DNA of 64,000 bases, from the IMG/VR virus record IMGVR_UViG_3300028864_000014, positions 62,001-126,000 of that record. One strand, written 5' to 3'. The translations under genes and the position numbers were made by a program. The stretch's first letter is position 1. The number at the start of each line of letters is the position of its first letter. The notes beneath the pieces are model-generated. The model saw only the letters and a program-made list of their open reading frames with translations. It was not told the origin of the DNA and made no database searches. Of this stretch, positions 57,910-64,000 are shown in pieces.

Positions 57910-58350
57910 ATGCCAAGTGTTACAGAAAAATTAGAAGAATATTTAAAATTTTTAAAAACTCCTGAGGGAGAAGAAAGCATTCTTGAATTTCAAAAAGTAA
58001 TTCAATTGGAAGAAGATATCAAAAATATAAACATTGAAAGAGTAAAAAAAATGTTCAATGATCAAGAAACTTTTGATTCTTTAGTCAATAGAATAATAAG
58101 AAAAAATGGAGAAGAATGGAGGGACAAATGTTACAAAAATGGTTGTACCCCATATCCAACTCAACTATTATACTCGTTGTTTGATTTAGCAGAAAAAGAA
58201 GGAACTGAAATAACAGAATCTATTGATGATTTTACAAGTCATTTTCCGTCTGACATCTGTGAATATAACGGTTGGCAATTTGCTTTGACATATGGTCAAG
58301 GTACATGTAGTAGTATATACTACAATAAAAAATTAATGTATAGAGATTGA
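57910..58350 (+). CDS. hypothetical protein
   Basis: 146 aa ORF. Confidence 0.65.
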   Translation: MPSVTEKLEEYLKFLKTPEGEESILEFQKVIQLEEDIKNINIERVKKMFNDQETFDSLVNRIIRKNGEEWRDKCYKNGCTPYPTQLLYSLFDLAEKEGTEITESIDDFTSHFPSDICEYNGWQFALTYGQGTCSSIYYNKKLMYRD

Positions 58351-58604
58351 ATTCAATTAAAACAGTAAAATCAAGATATAGTATAACTACAATTTCACCA
58401 AATTTTTATAGTAATTTGTCATTAAGTGGCAATACAAATGATATTATTTCTGGTTCAACTGGATTATTAGAGCAAGGTTATATATTTGTTCCTTATATAA
58501 TGGCTACAACAACATCAATTATTACTGAATCAAGAGAACGTAAGATAAACAGACTAAGAGAAGAAAGAGTAGAAAAACTTAAAAAATTAGGATGGAATGA
58601 CTGA
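58347..58604 (+). CDS. small protein with gp23-like G-Y-x-x-x-P-Y motif and RxxKL tag
   Basis: LLEQGYIFVPYIMAT versus T4 gp23 DAGIYYAPYVALT; ERVEKLKKL. Confidence 0.55.
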   Translation: MNSIKTVKSRYSITTISPNFYSNLSLSGNTNDIISGSTGLLEQGYIFVPYIMATTTSIITESRERKINRLREERVEKLKKLGWND

Positions 58605-58875
58605 TAAAAAATATAAACAAGGAGATGAAGTTGTATGTATTAATAATGATGGAGGTTATGATAAATATTTAACAATTGGAAAAAAATATAAAATTCATTA
58701 TATTTATAAAGGAAAATTAACCAATTTAGATCATTTTAGGATAAAATCTGACAAAATAAATTCATTTTTTATAAGTCCATTAGGAATAATTTTTTTATCA
58801 CCAAATGAGTTTAAAATTAAGAAAAGAAAAGAAAAATTAGAAAAAATCAATAAATTAATTTTTAATGATATTTAA
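58597..58875 (+). CDS. GDEVVCI (SH3-like) protein with RxxKL tag
   Basis: QGDEVVCINN...LTIGKKY...RKEKLEKI. Confidence 0.75.
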   Translation: MTDKKYKQGDEVVCINNDGGYDKYLTIGKKYKIHYIYKGKLTNLDHFRIKSDKINSFFISPLGIIFLSPNEFKIKKRKEKLEKINKLIFNDI

Positions 58876-59113
58876 TCAAGGAGATGAAGTTGTTTGTATT
58901 CAAAATGTTGGTTATACTGATTTTTTAACAATTAGCAAATCATATAAAGTTTTACTTTCCTACTATGGAAGTGTAACAGAAACTGAACATATACGTGTTC
59001 AGAAAGATGATAAAAATGGTCATGTTGATATATTTAGTAGTAGATTTATATCTATCAAAGAATTCAAAAAAATAAAAAGAAAAGAAAAACTAAATATATT
59101 AAATCTAATATAA
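58865..59113 (+). CDS. GDEVVCI (SH3-like) protein with RxxKL tag
   Basis: QGDEVVCIQN...LTISKSY...RKEKLNIL. Confidence 0.75.
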   Translation: MIFNQGDEVVCIQNVGYTDFLTISKSYKVLLSYYGSVTETEHIRVQKDDKNGHVDIFSSRFISIKEFKKIKRKEKLNILNLI

Positions 59114-59141
59114 CATATAAATAATAAAAATAAAATAGGAT

Positions 59142-59363
59142 ATGAAAATTTTAAGAAAAAAAGACACTTTTAAGAAAGTACCTGACGCAAGCATTAATGA
59201 TGTTGTAGCTATCAAATCTTATATTGAACAAGGATGGAAGCATTGTTCAAAAAAAGAATATAAAGATTTTTTCAAAACTGCAGTTTCTGAGAAATTAGTT
59301 GAAAAGAAAATTGAAAAAGAAGAAATTAAAGAAAAAAAGAAAGAAAAGAAGCACGGCAAATGA
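59142..59363 (+). CDS. basic hypothetical protein
   Basis: 73 aa, Lys/Glu-rich. Confidence 0.6.
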   Translation: MKILRKKDTFKKVPDASINDVVAIKSYIEQGWKHCSKKEYKDFFKTAVSEKLVEKKIEKEEIKEKKKEKKHGK

Positions 59364-59794
59364 TTTTAGATATAATCAAATATGATGATTCTAACTCAGG
59401 AAAATTAAGAAAACTAAATGTAAATGTAAAAAAGGAAAATCCTTTTTTGCTTTCACTTATTAAAAATATGTTTGAAACTCTTAATTATCACAAATTTGAA
59501 TTTGGGTTATCTGCTCCACAAGTTGGACATAACTTAAATTTATTTGTTATTAATAATCCTGATTTAAAAGAAGTATTTATTAATCCAGAAATATATTTAG
59601 AAGGACTTTTTATTCAAAACAAAGAAAGATGTTTAAGCTTACCAAATTTAGAATTTCCTATAAATAGGAGATCAATTGTTAAGATTAAATATTATGATAT
59701 AAATTGGAATTATAAAATGTCTTCGTTTAAAGATTTAAATGCCATAGCTATTCAACATCAATTTGATCATATTAACGGAAAATTAATTATTTGA
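59360..59794 (+). CDS. def: peptide deformylase-like protein with degenerate active site
   Basis: GLSAPQVG, VFINPEI, ERCLS (canonical EGCLS) and QHQFDHING (canonical QHEMDHL.G). Confidence 0.85.
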   Translation: MILDIIKYDDSNSGKLRKLNVNVKKENPFLLSLIKNMFETLNYHKFEFGLSAPQVGHNLNLFVINNPDLKEVFINPEIYLEGLFIQNKERCLSLPNLEFPINRRSIVKIKYYDINWNYKMSSFKDLNAIAIQHQFDHINGKLII

Positions 59795-60177
59795 TGAATA
59801 TATTTAATAGAAAAAAAAGGGAATTAAAAAGGGAACTAAAATACAATGAACTGAACAAATTATTCAGGATTAAACATGGTATAATTTGTAATTGGAGGAT
59901 TAAAAAATATACTTTGCATCCAACTACAGTTGAAGGACTTGTTTTTGATGAAAAGTTTAATTCATTTTTTTTGAGAGAATATGGAATATTTCCACATTCC
60001 TTTAATGAGTTTGCTTGTATTAACTATTCCTTTGATCCAAAATTTGATAATTTTCCAGTTGATAAATTACAGGAATTATATAATAAAATTGAGTCTGTTT
60101 TTCCTGATCCATTTATTAAAATTAATAGATTAAAAAAATTAAAAAATATTAATTCTGTTAAATATGAAGAACGGTGA
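59791..60177 (+). CDS. hypothetical protein with RxxKL-type tag
   Basis: Ends INRLKKLKNINS. Confidence 0.7.
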   Translation: MMNIFNRKKRELKRELKYNELNKLFRIKHGIICNWRIKKYTLHPTTVEGLVFDEKFNSFFLREYGIFPHSFNEFACINYSFDPKFDNFPVDKLQELYNKIESVFPDPFIKINRLKKLKNINSVKYEER

Positions 60178-60394
60178 TAAAATTACTTATATTAGTAACG
60201 ATATTTGTGTTTTTGATAAATATAAAACATATACTATTATTAATATACACAATGATATTATAACATATGTGAGTTATCTTGATAATTATAAAAAGTTATG
60301 GTATATAGGTTGTAGTTATACTATGAATAAATTCATAACATATAATCAATATAGAAAATTAAAATTAAATAAAATTAATGAAAAAATATGTTAG
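60164..60394 (+). CDS. SH3-like small protein with RxxKL tag
   Basis: MKNGDKITYI...YRKLKLNKI. Confidence 0.7.
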   Translation: MKNGDKITYISNDICVFDKYKTYTIINIHNDIITYVSYLDNYKKLWYIGCSYTMNKFITYNQYRKLKLNKINEKIC

Positions 60395-60570
60395 TAAAAG
60401 AATTAATAGAAAAAATAGAAGAATTAAGAGTAATATATCCTAATATTGATGATATTGAAATTGGACCACTTTTTAATGGTGATTTAGTGATGATGATTAG
60501 TGATTTGACAATAGAAGAAGGCTCAGGATGGGAAACTGACGATGCAATTGGCATTATTTGGAATTGTTAA
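60388..60570 (+). CDS. hypothetical protein
   Basis: 60 aa acidic ORF (MLVKELIEKIEEL). Confidence 0.6.
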   Translation: MLVKELIEKIEELRVIYPNIDDIEIGPLFNGDLVMMISDLTIEEGSGWETDDAIGIIWNC

Positions 60571-60597
60571 GTTTTTATAAAAAATAATAAATATTAA

Positions 60598-60840
60598 ATG
60601 TTAGAAGAAATCATAAATAACTATCCAGATGAAGGAATTTTATCTGCTGATGGATTGGATGATGCAGTAATTGGATTAGAAATGAATTCAATGAGGTTAA
60701 TATATTCAGTATCTAAATGTATTGAAATTTTTATCAATGATGGAATGACAGAAGAAGAAGCATTAGAATTCTTTGAATTTAATACAGCAGGATCTTATAT
60801 GGGTGAACACACTCCAATATGGTGCTACGATGATTTTTAA
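60598..60840 (+). CDS. conserved phage hypothetical protein
   Basis: ADGLDDAVIG...YS..KC...GMTEEEALEFFEFN..GSYMGEHTPI is a family I recognise from environmental phages. Confidence 0.75.
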   Translation: MLEEIINNYPDEGILSADGLDDAVIGLEMNSMRLIYSVSKCIEIFINDGMTEEEALEFFEFNTAGSYMGEHTPIWCYDDF

Positions 60841-60900
60841 TTGATATAAAAATAAATAATTTTTTTATATCAATTATTTTCATTATATTTGTAAAAAAAT

Positions 60901-61101
60901 ATGAAAGATAAAAAATCAGATGAAATATATTCAAATTGGGTCAAAGAATCAGGAATAAAAGATTTAACTGGTAACCAATCAAAATTTGTCAAAATGATTA
61001 TATCAAATAGAAAAATTATCTGTGAAATCGGAAGTTTTAATAAAGTTTTTGTTAGCATTTATAAATATTTGAAAAATAATCGTGAAAAATTAGAAGATTA
61101 A
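60901..61101 (+). CDS. hypothetical protein
   Basis: 66 aa ORF. Confidence 0.55.
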   Translation: MKDKKSDEIYSNWVKESGIKDLTGNQSKFVKMIISNRKIICEIGSFNKVFVSIYKYLKNNREKLED

Positions 61102-61103
61102 AT

Positions 61104-61361
61104 ATGAAATCAATACTTTACAAAAAAGGTGAAAAATTTGTTTGTATAGATAATACATCTAGATATACTGGAGTAGAATTAGGCTATTCTTCTTTGACGT
61201 TATTGAAAATTGGCGGTGTTTACACATTTCGTGATATTAATAGTTATGGCGAAATGAATTTTTTGGAACTACGCGGATATAGTTTCAGAAAGCAAAGGTT
61301 TGTGAAATATTCAGAGTTAAGAAAGATAAAATTAGAAAAATTAAATACTATAAACATATAA
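61104..61361 (+). CDS. SH3-like small protein with RxxKL tag
   Basis: KKGEKFVCIDN...LRKIKLEKL. Confidence 0.75.
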   Translation: MKSILYKKGEKFVCIDNTSRYTGVELGYSSLTLLKIGGVYTFRDINSYGEMNFLELRGYSFRKQRFVKYSELRKIKLEKLNTINI

Positions 61362-61363
61362 TC

Positions 61364-62251
61364 ATGAGTCTAAAAGCATATGACGGTATGATGACCAGAA
61401 ATGGTTTAGCATACATACAAGAAGAAATCTTAAAAAGAATTGATAGATTTGAAGATGCATCACAAAATGAATTAGCAAAATGTTATGCTAAAGATATTAT
61501 ATTACATGTAGATGAAAAATGTGACATTATTCATCAAATGGAATATTTATCAATTAATGATAGTGAAGAATTAAAAAATAAAATAAAAGAAATTAGTATA
61601 AAAGAAGATACTACTTTGATGTCTTATTTATTTCAATCAGGTAAAATATTATCAAAAAGTCAATATAAAAATGATTTTATGGTTGATCTTAGTTTATCAA
61701 TTGATTGTAGAGATGATAAAATACTAATTTTTCCAAATATAAATGTAGGCGAGCATAGAACAATCCTTTTAGAATTTCTAAATGATTGGTATTGTCAAAA
61801 CCAATCTGATCCAGATGAAAATGTAAAAGAAGATGAATGGGATGAAAGAGAAAAAGATTGGTATGTATTTAATGAACATAAAGGATTATCAATGAAGATT
61901 ATGATATTTGATACAAATAATTATTCTAAAAATTTAAATGAACATTTTAGAGGTGAAATATTATATCAAAAAATACTCGAAAATATTCCTTCAGATGATA
62001 TTAGAAAAAGGAAAATAGTAACTAATATTTTAATTAGTGAGAAATTAAAAGATAATGATGATTATTCAACTGTTTGGAATATATTGGGAGAGTTAAAGAA
62101 AGATGACAACTCAGAAATAACTGAATATATAAACTCACATGATATTCAATTATTTAAAATTGATAAAGAATTTCTTGATACTGAATTATTAAAACCTAAA
62201 ACAGAACTTGATGAGTATATAAAAACTCATAATATTGAATTAAAAAAATAA
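61364..62251 (+). CDS. hypothetical protein
   Basis: 295 aa ORF. Confidence 0.7.
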   Translation: MSLKAYDGMMTRNGLAYIQEEILKRIDRFEDASQNELAKCYAKDIILHVDEKCDIIHQMEYLSINDSEELKNKIKEISIKEDTTLMSYLFQSGKILSKSQYKNDFMVDLSLSIDCRDDKILIFPNINVGEHRTILLEFLNDWYCQNQSDPDENVKEDEWDEREKDWYVFNEHKGLSMKIMIFDTNNYSKNLNEHFRGEILYQKILENIPSDDIRKRKIVTNILISEKLKDNDDYSTVWNILGELKKDDNSEITEYINSHDIQLFKIDKEFLDTELLKPKTELDEYIKTHNIELKK

Positions 62252-62257
62252 CAATTT

Positions 62258-62294
62258 AAATCCATCTATTTAAGATGGATTTTTTTATATATAA
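62258..62294 (+). terminator. intrinsic terminator whose T-run is also the start of a late-promoter-like motif
   Basis: AAATCCATCT-ATTTA-AGATGGATTT, continuing into TTTTTTTATATATAA (62280-62294) before 62318. Confidence 0.7.
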
Positions 62295-62317
62295 TAATAA
62301 ATAAAAAATAATTTATT

Positions 62318-62647
62318 ATGACAGTATATAGTTTTGATGAATATTATGGCAAGAAATATCAAGTAGATAGATATTATGATAATATGATGAGAGTAGTTGA
62401 TGATTATGTAAATACTAATGATGAATTTAGAAAAAACCACAAAGTTCAAAATTCACCTTATTTTGTTATAAAATCAGATAGTATACATAAAAGTTCACTT
62501 AAACCAGGAGGATATAATATAAATTACACTTTGAAAAAAAATTATCAAAAGGGAACAATAAATATAACTGATGAAGAATATAATGATTTAGTTGAATATA
62601 TGAAAGATACAGAATTATATAAATCTACAAAAAAATTCAATTTATAA
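62318..62647 (+). CDS. CTS-like/KFNL-tagged small protein
   Basis: Starts MTVYSFDEY; ends STKKFNL. Confidence 0.7.
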   Translation: MTVYSFDEYYGKKYQVDRYYDNMMRVVDDYVNTNDEFRKNHKVQNSPYFVIKSDSIHKSSLKPGGYNINYTLKKNYQKGTINITDEEYNDLVEYMKDTELYKSTKKFNL

Positions 62648-63447
62648 TGAGCAAAAAAGTCAAAGATTGGAATTCATTTATTTTAGAACAACAGAGTATA
62701 GAAAACTCTATATATTCAATATTTGATATTGATGATAATTTACTTATCATGAATACTCCTTTACACTTTCAACATTTTGAAAATGGTAAATGGATAAATA
62801 AAGATATATCAATTCAAGATTTTTCTAAAATAAGACTTGAATATCCAGATAATTATATTGATAATAATGAATGGAAATCAGACACTAAATATACATTTTC
62901 TGAATTTGGAGACAACGGTCCAAGATTAGATAATTCACTTGTTGATGATATTAAAAAATCAATAAAGAATAAAAATTTTGGTCCATCATGGGAGTCATTT
63001 TTAACAACTCTAAAAGAAGGTAGATTATTTGCTATCATTACCACAAGAGGACATGAACCTAATACTATACATTCATCAGTAAGATATATAATAGATAATG
63101 TATTAGACATAGATGATAAAAATATAATGATAACAAATATAGAAAAATATAATAAATTATTCAAATTTGAATCAACTGATAAAATAGAAAATTATTTAGA
63201 CTGCTGTTATTTTATTGGATTAATGTCTCAAGCATTCAAAGATGAGTTTTATTTTACTCCAACAATGAAAACAAGACATTTAGCTATACAAGATGCAACT
63301 AACAAATTTTCAAATTACGTTAAAGAAATTTCTCCTGGTACAATAGATTCATTCATTAGTAATGAGAAATCATTAGACTTTCCTGAATTTTATAGCATTT
63401 CTAATTCTGTCACCAATAAAACAGAACAAGTAAAAGTTAAAATATAA
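62647..63447 (+). CDS. HAD-like protein with CTS-like N-terminus
   Basis: Starts MSKKVKDWNSFILE; IFDIDDNL (motif I) and AIITTRGH (motif II). Confidence 0.65.
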   Translation: MSKKVKDWNSFILEQQSIENSIYSIFDIDDNLLIMNTPLHFQHFENGKWINKDISIQDFSKIRLEYPDNYIDNNEWKSDTKYTFSEFGDNGPRLDNSLVDDIKKSIKNKNFGPSWESFLTTLKEGRLFAIITTRGHEPNTIHSSVRYIIDNVLDIDDKNIMITNIEKYNKLFKFESTDKIENYLDCCYFIGLMSQAFKDEFYFTPTMKTRHLAIQDATNKFSNYVKEISPGTIDSFISNEKSLDFPEFYSISNSVTNKTEQVKVKI

Positions 63448-63507
63448 TAAATATCAAATATTTAATAAATATATCTTGAATAATTTTTTTATTCAAGATA
63501 TTTTTTT

Positions 63508-63515
63508 TATCTTTG
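63508..63515 (+). promoter_or_regulatory. Bacteroidota-type -7 box TATCTTTG
   Basis: 26 nt upstream of the ligA ATG at 63542. Confidence 0.65.
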
Positions 63516-63541
63516 TACTTCATAAACAAAAAATATAAAAA

Positions 63542-64000
63542 ATGAAAATATCAGAAATTTATCAATTATTAGAATATGGTATGTTTAAATCTGCTTCAGT
63601 TGAAGTTAAGAAACTAAATCAGAAATATCGTGATGGAGAACCTGAAATAAGTGATCCAGAATATGATAAATTGATTTCAACATTTCAAAATTTGGATCCA
63701 GACAATGAAATATTTGAATCTGGTGTAATTGAAGATAGTGGAACTGTCAATCCAGACAGAAAAGAAAATTTAAAATTTCCAATGTATTCATTGAATAAAT
63801 TTCATACTATTGAGGAAATTCACAAATGGTTATCAAACAAAGGAATATCATTAGAAATAGAATTGGTTTGTACATCGAAATATGATGGAATGTCAATTCT
63901 TAAAGATGAATATAAACAACTTGCTTGGTCAAGAGGTGATGGCATAATTGGAGAAACTATGCATAAGCATTATGAAATGATAAATGATAATAGTAAAAAA
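63542..64000 (+). CDS. ligA: NAD-dependent DNA ligase, N-terminal part (3'-truncated by the window)
   Basis: Hand translation: YRDGEPEISDPEYDKL, PMYSLNK, adenylation motif KYDG (Lys at 63878-63880) and SRGDG..G. Not in the ORF track. Confidence 0.92.
   Translation, partial: MKISEIYQLLEYGMFKSASVEVKKLNQKYRDGEPEISDPEYDKLISTFQNLDPDNEIFESGVIEDSGTVNPDRKENLKFPMYSLNKFHTIEEIHKWLSNKGISLEIELVCTSKYDGMSILKDEYKQLAWSRGDGIIGETMHKHYEMINDNSKK

Noticed and set aside
56-63164. Short antisense or alternate-frame ORFs in the track (e.g. 56..247, 2940..3155, 3912..4100, 5416..5667, 9663..9929, 16087..16302, 22205..22471, 26799..26984, 35288..35554, 51125..51331, 62853..63164)
   Set aside because: They lie within or opposite well-supported genes and have the F/I/L/Y-rich composition expected from AT-rich shadow frames.
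1-64000. Stop-codon reassignment (as in some Bacteroidota phages)
   Set aside because: Long conserved genes are intact under the standard code, clpS ends at TAG at its expected length, and several genes end at TGA. The only in-frame stop found is a single TAA (1183).
1-64000. Bacterial chromosome or eukaryotic giant virus origin
   Set aside because: Host-like genes are isolated among small orphans and virion genes rather than in bacterial operons. Bacterial-type promoters and terminators, NusG, S1, ClpS and a T4-like tube-fold gene argue against an NCLDV despite the Mre11-Rad50 fusion and NAD ligase.

Overview
This very AT-rich, gene-dense 64 kb segment most likely comes from a jumbo or huge tailed phage of the T4-like (myovirus) structural type, infecting a Bacteroidota host. 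Phage evidence is a T4 gp3/gp19-like tube-fold gene, large virion, tail-fibre and Ig-domain genes, a fused SbcD-SbcC (gp47-gp46), a RuvC-like resolvase, thymidine kinase and a partial NAD-dependent ligase. These are interspersed with many small hypothetical ORFs. Host-like genes (dnaJ, clpS, clpC, nusG, S1, bL12-like, Sir2/cobB, def-like, DUF1599, GH15) are scattered singly rather than in bacterial operons. Host inference rests on several TAnnTTTG -7 boxes (two with TTTG 19 nt upstream), no recurring Shine-Dalgarno motif that I could see, and Bacteroidota-like ClpS/ClpC/DUF1599. The standard genetic code fits. I saw no canonical tRNA, rRNA or CRISPR array. The main unexplained structure is a set of short terminal peptide tags on otherwise unrelated small proteins. 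About 22 ORFs start with an MK/I-x-x-(K)-x-F/Y-x-E motif resembling the T4 capsid-targeting sequence. Twelve ORFs end in K-(F/Y)-N-(I/L)-stop, and nearly all of these also carry the N-terminal motif. A non-overlapping set of about 21 ORFs carries an R-x-x-K-L-x-x-(I/L) motif at or near the C-terminus. The two tag classes tend to follow two different promoter motifs. Some R-x-x-K-L ORFs look like fragments of capsid, sheath or tube proteins. All functional calls come from visual motif recognition; no database searches were run.
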